Shown here: piece by piece, positions 40,047 to 49,675 of the stretch
How positions within the stretch are numbered: position 1 is the first letter of the stretch
Layout: each line of letters starts with the position of its first letter
Source: Candidatus Methanogranum gryphiswaldense
Lineage (GTDB): Archaea; Thermoplasmatota; Thermoplasmata; Methanomassiliicoccales; Methanomethylophilaceae
DNA length: 64,000 nt
Direction of reading: 5' to 3'
Assembly: GCA_019262145.1 (NCBI GenBank)
Contig: CP076745.1
Span: forward strand, 119,093 to 183,092
The notes under the pieces: generated by a model
Told to the model about the DNA's origin: nothing
What the model saw: the letters and a program-made list of their open reading frames with translations, nothing else
Database searches by the model: none
Translations under genes and position numbers: made by a program

Positions 40047-40625
40047 ATGTTCCCTTTCATGACAGATCAAGATTTCTGTGCAAAATGCGGAATCAAGTTG
40101 AACAGTGATGTTTACTATTGTCCTTCTTGTGGATATCATATACCTGGAAAGAAGGAGGCAGAGGTCAAGGTTGAGAAAGATCTTGTTCGTACAACCTTGC
40201 AGTCCCGTGCTAAATGGGCTGGTTATTTGATGTTGATATATGGTATTCCTTTGTTGATCATGGGGGTATACTATGTAGTTGCATCGGGAAGTATTGCGGA
40301 TGCATTGTGGAATGATCCGAACGTCCATAAACAACTGGTTGATTGGGGTATAACTTATGATGAATTGGTCAAATATCTTCAGTATTGGGGGATTGGATGG
40401 TTAGTATCTGGGGCTATGGCGATATTGTCCTCGTTGCTCTGTATAAAGCGTAAGAGCTACGTGCTTGCACTCATCTTATGTATTGTCTCAGTTATCTTCT
40501 CGATTACTGGATTTATAACATTCCTTTTTGGACTGATTGCGTTCTGGCTAGTTGCATCATCTAAGCTCGGATTCGAGGAGTACAAGGACGATCTAGAGGA
40601 ATATCTGAATTCAGAGATCCAATAA
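40047..40625 (+). CDS. Zinc-ribbon membrane protein, unknown function
   Basis: N-terminal FCAKCGIKLNSDVYYCPSCG followed by 4 TM helices. Confidence 0.6.
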   Translation: MFPFMTDQDFCAKCGIKLNSDVYYCPSCGYHIPGKKEAEVKVEKDLVRTTLQSRAKWAGYLMLIYGIPLLIMGVYYVVASGSIADALWNDPNVHKQLVDWGITYDELVKYLQYWGIGWLVSGAMAILSSLLCIKRKSYVLALILCIVSVIFSITGFITFLFGLIAFWLVASSKLGFEEYKDDLEEYLNSEIQ

Positions 40626-40633
40626 AACTAATG

Positions 40634-40660
40634 GCGACCCGCGGTCGTTCATTTCTTAAT
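40634..40660 (+). terminator. Small hairpin plus T-rich tract
   Basis: CGACC-CGC-GGTCG followed by TTCATTTCTT. Confidence 0.35.
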
Positions 40661-40687
40661 AAAAAAGAACGGGCGAAATGCCCGTTC
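40661..40687 (-). terminator. Hairpin plus T6 terminator of the RPA operon
   Basis: The minus strand carries GAACGGGC-AUUU-GCCCGUUC followed by TTTTTT, immediately at the stop of 40686-41588. Confidence 0.5.
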
Positions 40688-41588
40688 AAATACGTTTCAA
40701 ATATCTCAAATTAGGTTCATAGACAAGTCCCTTATCCATTAGTATGTTAGAGATTTCTTCTAGTTCCATGCTTGAGATTCCCTCTGCTTCCGCTCTTCTT
40801 TCAAGTTCGTCACGAGGAGCGCCCTTGCCGTCAACGTCGAGTTCTTCGAGTAACCTAAGGATCGTATCCTCCATGTCGGCACTGTTGTGTGCAGTATCTC
40901 CTGGTTCGATTTCAATTTCATCAGGCAGGTCCGATACATCTTCAGGAAGACCAAGGTCGATATTGTTGTCGGGCAATATTGTTCTAAGTGCGTATTGGAT
41001 GGTCTTTAAGTATGTGGCTGAATTGGGCACATCATAATGGTCAAGAGCAGTCACAATTCCTTTTGCATCTCTTTCACAGAATCCAAGGCCGATCAGGTCT
41101 TTTTCTGTTGCATTCTCTAAGGATGTGGCTTTTTTCATCATTTTAAGTCTTGACCATGTGGACTGCGCAGTTTCAAGCATCCATTGTTTACGTGTCTCCT
41201 CATCAATTTTTATAATACGTTCTGGACGTACAGAAACGAAGACCCGTTCATCATTAGCAGTGTATGTTCTGACTTTTCCTATTATTGCTACATATGCAGG
41301 AGTATCCATATTAGCGATGGCTGCTGCGGCCTCAGGCTGATATTTGCCGATGTTAATGTAGAAATTACCAGAGGAAACGTCTTGTACTCTGCCTCTCCAC
41401 ATTGGTTCTTCCCCAGATCCAACATTTTCTTTTTCTGTTAGGACACCAGCAATGAGAACTCTATTGACCATTGCACCAAGGTGCGTCACAATATAGGAAG
41501 GAGATTTTTCATCTGCACCTTTAATTTCGTATGTGGCGGTATTGAGTTCAGAGGAAAACAATCTCCAGGCTGTTTCTCTAGCGTTCAT
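40686..41588 (-). CDS. Replication protein A subunit (RPA32-like: OB fold plus C-terminal winged helix)
   Basis: 300 aa. ATGA-coupled to the large RPA gene. Central OB-like region and an acidic C-terminal wH-like tail (LEEISNILMDKGLVYEP). Confidence 0.6.
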   Translation of the reverse strand: MNARETAWRLFSSELNTATYEIKGADEKSPSYIVTHLGAMVNRVLIAGVLTEKENVGSGEEPMWRGRVQDVSSGNFYINIGKYQPEAAAAIANMDTPAYVAIIGKVRTYTANDERVFVSVRPERIIKIDEETRKQWMLETAQSTWSRLKMMKKATSLENATEKDLIGLGFCERDAKGIVTALDHYDVPNSATYLKTIQYALRTILPDNNIDLGLPEDVSDLPDEIEIEPGDTAHNSADMEDTILRLLEELDVDGKGAPRDELERRAEAEGISSMELEEISNILMDKGLVYEPNLRYLKRI

Positions 41589-42913
41589 AATGCCCCCTCC
41601 ATTTCCTCATATAGCTTTTTTGCTTCAGTGACCACATCCACATCATCTATGGATGCTTCTTTAACGATCATCATCGGTCCATAATCATCGCTCATCACAT
41701 TACCTTTTATTGTGATTCTCTTCATTATGATCATTTGTGCAATTTCTCTGCTGACAGAATCCATGTCACTCTGTGCTTTGGCAAGTTCTTCTGCAGCAGC
41801 CAAAGTGATTCCTGTGAGTTTTTCAGTGTCGCTACGATTTACAACAGCACTTAATGCACCTGTACCATCGTCTACAATGAGTTTCATTCTGAGATCGAAT
41901 ACAGGTTCTATTTTTCCATGCGCACTGCATTCATCATTCAGTATTGAACGGTTGCACTGTGGACACCTTTTTATGAGTCCGCTTCCGGTCCTCAGGTCTA
42001 CAACTGTGCCGAAGACAGCGACATCGAGTGCGCCCCCTATCTTGACAATGTCGGAGATGGTCTTTTTGGATGTGACTTCTTGAATCTGTCCAAAATTGTC
42101 TGTGACTCTACTGACCTCGCACCTGTCTCCCATGTTAAGTTGAGGTATGCCTCTCCATGCACGTACGTATGCATTCTTCACGCATATGGTCTCTCCATCT
42201 TTTAGTGAATAGTCATTCCATGCAGAATATTGGATCTTTCCAGAATCGTCTGCAATTATCCCTGCGTATACGACCTTGGATTCTCCTTTGACATTGATAT
42301 TTCTTGTTTCAGTAGATATTATGCGTCCTGTAACTGTAATGTTGCCCACGCCTTCTTTGATGTCTCCGATTTTAATTTCACGAGACTCGGATGTAGGAAT
42401 TGTTCTTTCCGGAACATCTACAGTAGAATCAGCTTTCTCTATTTTTCCGCGAGTGCCGAGATTTATCTGTACACGTTCGTTCCACATTTTTGTGTAAGCA
42501 TTTTTGAAGTGATACGTTTCACCTTTGATAAGGTCTACGCTTTCTCCTTCCCAAATTGTGAATGGACAGGTTCCAGTTTCATCTCCAAGGATTCCAGAGA
42601 TAATGATTTTCTTGGTTCCACGGATGTTAACTTCTTTTTTGTCAACATAGATCGCTTTTACAATGACATCTATGTTCATTTCTGACCCCTTTAGAGCATC
42701 AATTTTTTTGACGATGGAGTCTGCGGTTACAAAACTGGATGTTGCATCAGTATCATATTTCTTGATGATGGCCCTTTTTGCACGGTCTACATCGATTCCA
42801 TAGTCCTCGACGTATTTTTTGACCTCTTTCATTAGGGTATCATCGTCTATTTTTCCTTCAAGCACCTTTTTTAATTCTTCAAACAGAGGTGTTAGTTGGT
42901 TGTTATTGCTCAT
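41585..42913 (-). CDS. Replication protein A large subunit (multiple OB folds plus zinc motif)
   Basis: 442 aa with repeated OB-fold segments and the zinc motif CPQCNRSILNDECSAHG. Confidence 0.75.
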   Translation of the reverse strand: MSNNNQLTPLFEELKKVLEGKIDDDTLMKEVKKYVEDYGIDVDRAKRAIIKKYDTDATSSFVTADSIVKKIDALKGSEMNIDVIVKAIYVDKKEVNIRGTKKIIISGILGDETGTCPFTIWEGESVDLIKGETYHFKNAYTKMWNERVQINLGTRGKIEKADSTVDVPERTIPTSESREIKIGDIKEGVGNITVTGRIISTETRNINVKGESKVVYAGIIADDSGKIQYSAWNDYSLKDGETICVKNAYVRAWRGIPQLNMGDRCEVSRVTDNFGQIQEVTSKKTISDIVKIGGALDVAVFGTVVDLRTGSGLIKRCPQCNRSILNDECSAHGKIEPVFDLRMKLIVDDGTGALSAVVNRSDTEKLTGITLAAAEELAKAQSDMDSVSREIAQMIIMKRITIKGNVMSDDYGPMMIVKEASIDDVDVVTEAKKLYEEMEGAL

Positions 42914-43013
42914 GTTTTCGACCTCTTCGTTGTAATGTTAACGAGGCATATGAGGTACCCTTTGTGAATATAAAAGATTATTATCAGGTACACCGAATAG
43001 GTAGAATGTGTGA

Positions 43014-44108
43014 TTATGTTCTGTAGGGATCAATCTCAAGGGCGAATATGTTTTTTACAGAATTGTATGCCATTATGATCCCAACAATAAGAATCGGGAC
43101 CCCAACCATCCAGTATATGATGTTTCCGTCGAAGAATGGATATATCGAGAATCCGACAAAAACGAGTAAACCAATCATAGAGGCTGAAATATTTTTTTCC
43201 TTATACGCAACAACACACGCCATGAGCATCCCGATACCAAACATCACATCTGCGACTTCCAGTCCACCTAGTCCCGCAAGAGCACAGGCAGAGAATGTGA
43301 ATGTTGACGAACCAAAGAATAGTGACATCATTCCAGATGTAATTGAACCGTCCCTGATCGCGACAGCAGCATAATAAAGTATTACGGCCGACATCAATAT
43401 TTTCGCCACATTGTATGTTATAGGGTCCATTGTAAAAATTCCAAGATTGAAATTGATGTAATACAGGCCTATTAAGATGGAAAGTATGCCCATTATCATG
43501 AATCCAGCAGTTCCAACAGCATTGTCTGCTGCTGCAGCCTTTCCATCTTTTTGCCAGGCATAAGTCTCCTTGTCAATGCATACGCTGTACCAAGCATGGA
43601 ACCCGTAGAAGAGGTACATGAGGCCCGAGATCTCCAGCGCCATACCAACGAATATCAAAGAGGCCTCTCCGAACAGAGGATACAGGATCAAACCAAAGGC
43701 AGCGGCAAAGGTTCCGATAGCAAGGGGCCAATCTTTTCTTGTGTAGAATGCTAGGGCAACTATTAGAAGTCCAATGCCTAAAAGAAAATCCAATACATGC
43801 AGTTCATCGTTACCGCCCAACATATACGCAGCCGTGAAAGAAATAGCAGATATTCCGATCAATATCATGGATATCCCTTCCATAATGGCTTTCTGATTAA
43901 GGGCGTATAAACCGATACACAGGATAAAAGACATCATTATTACTGTGGTCAGACTGTACGTATCTTTGTCTGTCGCTAATATGACATCCGAGTTCATATA
44001 GAATATGCCGAGTATTATCATCAGCATGCCAAAAAGAGACGTTCCTGCAATAATCGCACCAATGCTGTATCTGTTATGATATGGATGTGGTACGAATAGA
44101 TTAACCAT
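43014..44108 (-). CDS. Polytopic membrane protein with internal tandem duplication
   Basis: 364 aa. The two halves align (see finding). No family recognised. Confidence 0.65.
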   Translation of the reverse strand: MVNLFVPHPYHNRYSIGAIIAGTSLFGMLMIILGIFYMNSDVILATDKDTYSLTTVIMMSFILCIGLYALNQKAIMEGISMILIGISAISFTAAYMLGGNDELHVLDFLLGIGLLIVALAFYTRKDWPLAIGTFAAAFGLILYPLFGEASLIFVGMALEISGLMYLFYGFHAWYSVCIDKETYAWQKDGKAAAADNAVGTAGFMIMGILSILIGLYYINFNLGIFTMDPITYNVAKILMSAVILYYAAVAIRDGSITSGMMSLFFGSSTFTFSACALAGLGGLEVADVMFGIGMLMACVVAYKEKNISASMIGLLVFVGFSIYPFFDGNIIYWMVGVPILIVGIIMAYNSVKNIFALEIDPYRT

Positions 44109-44203
44109 TTTGTTCTCACATATGGTTGCTGAGTCATATACTAATTGGTCTAAAATTTGTTATCGAGTAGATATATTTAAAAGGGGGAAAGCTATCAGAG
44201 GAT

Positions 44204-45277
44204 ATGGTTCCCAAGAGTAAGATCGATCAGATTTTGGAAGGGTATGACAAGAGCGACATAACCATCGCGACACTCTGCTCACATTCGTCGCTCCAGATCT
44301 TTCACGGAGCCCGTAAAATGGGTTTCAGGACGTTGGGATTGACCGTTAAGGATAACACCAAGTATTATGATGCGTTCCCTCTGGCCAAGCCGGACAACAT
44401 TATCAAGTATAGGGATTTTGACGAGATGGAGGAGCGCGTCGACGAGCTCATTGATCAGAATACAATTCTTATTCCGCACGGATCTTTCGTTGAATATATG
44501 ACGCCTTCTAGATTCGAGGATCTAGGTGTACCGTCCTATGGTAATCGTGCAGTTCTCCAATGGGAGTCCAACAGAGACAGTCAAAGACAGTGGATAACAT
44601 CTGCTGGGGTTCCAATGCCACGCTTGATCACCGATGCAAGGGAGATAAATGAGCCAGTGTTGGTGAAGTATCACGGTGCTAAAGGTGGACGCGGTTTCTT
44701 TATTGCGAAAGACTATCCGGATTTCAAGATGCAGATAGATAATTCTCAACCATATACAATTCAAGAATATTGCTTGGGTACCAGATATTACCTTCACTTC
44801 TTCTATGATCCGTTAAAGAAGGACGGCTATCGTTGTAAGCAAGGCGGCTCTTTGGAATTGTTATCAATAGATCGTCGCGACGAGAGTAACATAGATGAGA
44901 TGTACAAGCTTGGATCCATAGAGGATTCAAAAAGGCATGGTCTCTATCCATCATTCGTGGTCACTGGAAATACACCGGTAGTTATTCGCGAGTCTCTTTT
45001 ACCGAAGGCGTTCGAGATGGGCGAGAATGTCGTGAATCGTTCTTATGAGCTGTTCGGTGGTATGTGGGGACCGTTCTGTTTGGAAACTGTAGTTACAGAT
45101 AAACTGGAATTCAAGGTCTTTGAGATCTCAACCAGAATAGTTGCCGGGACCAATCCGTTCATCTCAGGGTCACCTTATGCGGATCTAATATATCCGGGTA
45201 TGAGCACCGCAGCGAGAATGGGTATGGCACTTAAGACTGCTATCAATGCAGGTAATTTGAGCATATTGCTCAGTTAA
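44204..45277 (+). CDS. purP: 5-formaminoimidazole-4-carboxamide ribonucleotide (FAICAR) synthetase, ATP-grasp
   Basis: 357 aa. The N-terminus IATLCSHSSLQIFHGARKMGFRT is typical of PurP. Confidence 0.85.
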   Translation: MVPKSKIDQILEGYDKSDITIATLCSHSSLQIFHGARKMGFRTLGLTVKDNTKYYDAFPLAKPDNIIKYRDFDEMEERVDELIDQNTILIPHGSFVEYMTPSRFEDLGVPSYGNRAVLQWESNRDSQRQWITSAGVPMPRLITDAREINEPVLVKYHGAKGGRGFFIAKDYPDFKMQIDNSQPYTIQEYCLGTRYYLHFFYDPLKKDGYRCKQGGSLELLSIDRRDESNIDEMYKLGSIEDSKRHGLYPSFVVTGNTPVVIRESLLPKAFEMGENVVNRSYELFGGMWGPFCLETVVTDKLEFKVFEISTRIVAGTNPFISGSPYADLIYPGMSTAARMGMALKTAINAGNLSILLS

Positions 45278-45321
45278 GAGATTTAAAAAATATATATGTG
45301 AAGAGGGTTAGGCTGGGAACG

Positions 45322-46479
45322 ATGGTATCAAAAAGGGTTCAGAGTGTGCCGGCGTCGGGTACAATAGAGATTTCCAACATTGTAAGTCAGCTTCAGGCAT
45401 CTGGAATTGACATAATCTCATTTTCAATGGGAGAACCAGATTTCTCAACACCTTCCAATATCGTGGAGGCTGCAGTGGATTCACTTCATGAAGGATTCAC
45501 GCATTACACGCCTTCACTTGGGATACCAGAACTCAGACAGGCAATTGCCAAGCGGGCGTTGACCTTCAATCACATAAATTGTGAATCGAAAAATGTACTT
45601 GTGACGCCATGTAAACAAGCTATTTTCATGACAGCTCTGGGGTTCCTTGATCCAGGGGATGAGGTCATACTTCCAGATCCAAGCTGGGTCTCCTATGAGG
45701 CATGTATAAGGTTGGCAGGAGCCATTCCGGTTTATGTGCCTACAAGATACGAGGATGATTTCGTGGTCAATCCCGAGCTTATTGAAGCAGCGGTAACTCC
45801 TAAGACCAAGATGATATTCCTTAACACTCCCGCAAATCCAACAGGATGTGTTTATCCTTTAGAGACAATAAAGGCCATTTCTGAGATCGCCATAAGACAC
45901 AATCTTCTTGTAATGTCCGACGAGATCTACGAGAGTATAATATATGAAGGCAAGCACGTTTCCATCGCGTCTTTGCCAGATATGTTCGACAGGACGATAA
46001 CTGTATCAGGTCTATCGAAAACGTATGCGATGACGGGATGGAGGCTGGGTTGGGCGATCGCATCTGAAAATAGCATTTCAGCTCTTAATAAATTGCAATC
46101 GCATTCGATATCTTGCTGTGTATCATTTACTCAGACTGCGGCGGTCGAGGCGTTGAATGGACCTCAGGACGCTATGCATCATATGATAAGGGAGTTCAAA
46201 TCAAGGCGTGATCTGGCACTAGACCTTATAAGTGAAATAAAAGGATTAGAATGTAATGTTCCCAAAGGGGCTTTCTATCTGTTCCCAAAGTACGATTCAC
46301 AGATGAAATCTGTTGAACTTACGGCAAATCTTCTGAAGCACGCTCACGTGGCCGTTACCCCCGGTACAGCATTTGGGCCCTCCGGAGAAGGATTTTTCAG
46401 AATATCTTACGCCACAAGTGAGAGTCAGATAAGAGAAGGATTTGAAAGAATCAGAAAGTACATGAACGATAATTTGTGA
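45322..46479 (+). CDS. Class I PLP aminotransferase (aspartate aminotransferase-like)
   Basis: PLP-lysine block GLSKTYAMTGWRLGW and NPTG. The maximal ORF starts with GTG at 45298. Confidence 0.85.
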   Translation: MVSKRVQSVPASGTIEISNIVSQLQASGIDIISFSMGEPDFSTPSNIVEAAVDSLHEGFTHYTPSLGIPELRQAIAKRALTFNHINCESKNVLVTPCKQAIFMTALGFLDPGDEVILPDPSWVSYEACIRLAGAIPVYVPTRYEDDFVVNPELIEAAVTPKTKMIFLNTPANPTGCVYPLETIKAISEIAIRHNLLVMSDEIYESIIYEGKHVSIASLPDMFDRTITVSGLSKTYAMTGWRLGWAIASENSISALNKLQSHSISCCVSFTQTAAVEALNGPQDAMHHMIREFKSRRDLALDLISEIKGLECNVPKGAFYLFPKYDSQMKSVELTANLLKHAHVAVTPGTAFGPSGEGFFRISYATSESQIREGFERIRKYMNDNL

Positions 46480-46490
46480 TCTGTTCGCTC

Positions 46491-46503
46491 TTGTTTTTTT
46501 ATT
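46491..46503 (+). terminator. Oligo-T tract after the aminotransferase gene
   Basis: TTGTTTTTTTATT begins 12 nt after the stop. Archaeal termination typically uses T-runs. Confidence 0.35.
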
Positions 46504-46600
46504 GCTGTCTCATGCGCGTGCGTGCATACTAAGATATATACGGGTTAGTTAATCACGGTTCAGCCGTCTTTTAAGGGAGCGAGGCGGACGAGGGATTATA

Positions 46601-47668
46601 TTGAGCAGAAAATTGTTCACGGTAGGACCGGTTAATGTTGAAAACGAGGTCCTTCAGGCTATGACTAAACCGATGATCACGCATCGTTCAAAGGAGTACA
46701 AGGTCCTTCACGGTAATGTCATCGAGAAGATGAAGAAAGCACTGGATACGGATCAGGACATATTCTTGGTCGCAGGATCTGCAAGCATATTCCTCGAGGG
46801 TGCAATAAGGAACGGCGTACAGAACAAGTCTCTCGGAATAACCAATGGTTCATTTGGGAACAGGTCCATAGAGATCGCGGAACTCAATGGAAAAACCGTC
46901 GAAGAGATCCAGGTCCCTTGGGGGATGGCCATGAAACCCGAGAATATAGCAGGGAAGGTCACAAAGGATGTGGAAATGGTCCACTGGGTCAGCAACGAGT
47001 CCTCCACAGGAGTTTTCAGTAATTCCACTGCATTGGCCAAAGAGGTAAGGTCGCAGAATCCAGACGCATTGGTCATGGTGGATGCCGTTACATCAGCATT
47101 TGCAATGGACCTCAAAATGAAAGAGCTTCAACCAGACGCAATGATATTTGGAACCCAGAAAGCACTTGCATTACCTCCTGGACTTGCGATGATCGCGGTA
47201 TCGGAGAGAATGATGATGAAATCCAAATCCGTCAAAAACAAAGGATTTTACACAGATCTTCAAAAGCTCAAGAAGCAGAATGATGAGAACTACGCCCTCA
47301 CAACACCCCCCGTTTCCCTAATGTATGCACTTGATTTTCAACTCGACCGCATCTTAAAAGAAGGAATGCCAGCAAGATATAGAAGACATCAAGAGATGGC
47401 GGACCTAGTTAGAACATGGTCCAAGAAAAATCTCGAGGGCATGTTCCCAGAGGAGGGTCACCAGTCGAACACCATTGGTGTTCTGAACCGCGGCAAACTA
47501 GATTTCGATGCATTCCATACAAAGTTGAAATCGAAAGGATACGAGATATCCAGCGGCTATGGTGATGTTAAAGACAATACATTTAGGATCGGACACATGG
47601 GAGATCTTACACCTAAAGATGTAAAAGAGTTACTTTCCGTTATGGAAGAGACAATGGGAGAGATTTAA
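46601..47668 (+). CDS. Class V PLP aminotransferase (phosphoserine / serine-glyoxylate aminotransferase type)
   Basis: 355 aa with LFTVGPVNVENEVLQAM and the PLP-lysine block FGTQKALALPPG. TTG start. Immediately precedes serA. Confidence 0.8.
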   Translation: MSRKLFTVGPVNVENEVLQAMTKPMITHRSKEYKVLHGNVIEKMKKALDTDQDIFLVAGSASIFLEGAIRNGVQNKSLGITNGSFGNRSIEIAELNGKTVEEIQVPWGMAMKPENIAGKVTKDVEMVHWVSNESSTGVFSNSTALAKEVRSQNPDALVMVDAVTSAFAMDLKMKELQPDAMIFGTQKALALPPGLAMIAVSERMMMKSKSVKNKGFYTDLQKLKKQNDENYALTTPPVSLMYALDFQLDRILKEGMPARYRRHQEMADLVRTWSKKNLEGMFPEEGHQSNTIGVLNRGKLDFDAFHTKLKSKGYEISSGYGDVKDNTFRIGHMGDLTPKDVKELLSVMEETMGEI

Positions 47669-47669
47669 A

Positions 47670-49262
47670 ATGACAGCTAAGATTCTTGTTTCAGATTCGT
47701 TAGACAAAGAAGGACTGGACATCCTGAAACAGTCCGGATTTCCAGTTGATGATAGGTCAGATCTGACGGAGGACCAGCTTTGTGCAATTATCGGGGATTA
47801 TGATTGTTTGATCATAAGGTCCGGTACTAAGGTCACAAAAAGAGTTTTGGATGCCGGAAAGAAATTACGTGTAGTAGGACGCGCAGGAGTAGGGGTGGAC
47901 AATGTGGACGTCCCATATGCAACGGAGAAAGGTATTCTTGTAATGAACACCCCTTCTGCAAATATTCTCTCTGCCGCTGAGCACTCATGCGCAATGTTGC
48001 TGGCACTAGCAAGGAACATACCATTTGCTCACGAATCTATGCACAAGGGCGAATGGAAGAGATCCAAGTATACAGGTGTAGAGCTAAATGGAAAGGTTCT
48101 TGGAATCATAGGTGTGGGACGTGTCGGCGGAGAGGTCGCGAAGAGGATGAAGGCCTTCAATATGACAATGATAGGATATGACCCATATCTTCCTAAAGAT
48201 GTGGCAGATCAGATCGGAGTCAGGCTTACCACTTTAGAAGAGGTCATCTCCACAGCCGATTTTATGACCATTCACACGCCACTGCTTCCTGAGACCAAGA
48301 ATATGATAGGTCTTAAACAATTCAAGATGATGAAACCTAATGCGAGAATGGCCAATGTTGCTCGCGGAGGCATCGTCGATGAGAATGACCTTTACATCGC
48401 ACTCAAAGAAAAGATCATTGCAGGTGCTGCATTCGATGTATGGTGCAATGAACCGTTGACAGATGATGAGAAGAAACTTCTGGAATTGGACAATCTTGTA
48501 ACCACGCCTCATTTAGGAGCAAGTACCGTAGAGGCGCAGGAAAGGGTCGCCATCGAGGTTGCTGTTGCTGTGGTCAAATACCTTAAGGATAACGTTATAA
48601 CCAACGCCATCAACGCACCGCGTGGAAAGTTAGATCCTGAGACCGAGAACTACATGCCTCTCGCTGAGCATATGGGATCTTTTATCCATCAGATGAATGG
48701 AAACAATCCAATAGAGGCGCTGGAGGTCACGTATTGCGGAGAACTCGCATCCAAACAGACAAAACTTGTGACAATAAGTGCTGTGATCGGATTGTTGAAC
48801 AACATAGTCGGAAAGGGAAATGTGAATATGATCAATGCTATGCCAATAGCAAAGACAAAAGGGCTCAGTATAAAGGAGTCGTCTACAGATAAATCTGAGG
48901 AATATTCCAATATGATCGAGATGAAGATCGTTTCCGGTGGCAAGATCACAGTGTTACGCGGAACAGTTTTTGGAGACAATCCAAGACTTGTCGGTTTCAA
49001 CGAGTATTCTTTCGATATACCTATGACAGGGGACATAATAATGATGACATACAACGATGTTCCCGGAGTGATAGGAAAGGTCGGATCTGTTCTCGGTGAC
49101 GCCAATGTAAATATAGCTCAGATGACGGTTGCGAGGAATGGCAAGAAAGCGTTAATGATCCTAACAGTGGATCAGAACGTCTCTACAGATGTCCTTGCGA
49201 AGGTCACAAAGGCCGCTGATGCGGTCACCAGTGCTAAATTCATAGATCTGGTAGAGAACTGA
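47670..49262 (+). CDS. serA: D-3-phosphoglycerate dehydrogenase (long form with ACT domain)
   Basis: GRAGVGVDNVD, NAD loop GIIGVGRVGGEVA, 530 aa with C-terminal ASB/ACT region. Confidence 0.9.
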   Translation: MTAKILVSDSLDKEGLDILKQSGFPVDDRSDLTEDQLCAIIGDYDCLIIRSGTKVTKRVLDAGKKLRVVGRAGVGVDNVDVPYATEKGILVMNTPSANILSAAEHSCAMLLALARNIPFAHESMHKGEWKRSKYTGVELNGKVLGIIGVGRVGGEVAKRMKAFNMTMIGYDPYLPKDVADQIGVRLTTLEEVISTADFMTIHTPLLPETKNMIGLKQFKMMKPNARMANVARGGIVDENDLYIALKEKIIAGAAFDVWCNEPLTDDEKKLLELDNLVTTPHLGASTVEAQERVAIEVAVAVVKYLKDNVITNAINAPRGKLDPETENYMPLAEHMGSFIHQMNGNNPIEALEVTYCGELASKQTKLVTISAVIGLLNNIVGKGNVNMINAMPIAKTKGLSIKESSTDKSEEYSNMIEMKIVSGGKITVLRGTVFGDNPRLVGFNEYSFDIPMTGDIIMMTYNDVPGVIGKVGSVLGDANVNIAQMTVARNGKKALMILTVDQNVSTDVLAKVTKAADAVTSAKFIDLVEN

Positions 49263-49263
49263 G

Positions 49264-49668
49264 TTGATGATGATGACGGTTACAACAGTGACGGTTGATG
49301 ATCTTACTTTAGCGATAAAGAATAGTATCAACAACAGCATGGGAATGGAGGATGAGCAGGCATATTCGCTTGCTCATCACGTCCTTAATTTCTTCGGATA
49401 TTCCGATAGGATAATTGATAATGTTTTAGAGCCGGAGGACCGTGATGCCTTCTACATGCTCGAAGATGCAGGTATCCTCACCACAGAGAGGGAAGAGACC
49501 ACGCTCTATGACGGTAGGGAGTGGAGGATACACTACTGGCTCTTTAGAAAGGAGAAGATCGGCGAGCTCATGGCCCGTGCGCGTTCGTCTTCTACGGAAA
49601 CGGACGGTGAAGAATCCGTATACCGCGATCTGCCTGATGACATTTGGCGCAACAGAGGCGGAGAATAA
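49264..49668 (+). CDS. Hypothetical conserved-looking soluble protein
   Basis: 134 aa, acidic. Starts 2 nt after serA and ends 8 nt before xpd. No family recognised. Confidence 0.55.
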   Translation: MMMMTVTTVTVDDLTLAIKNSINNSMGMEDEQAYSLAHHVLNFFGYSDRIIDNVLEPEDRDAFYMLEDAGILTTEREETTLYDGREWRIHYWLFRKEKIGELMARARSSSTETDGEESVYRDLPDDIWRNRGGE

Positions 49669-49675
49669 ACTTAAG

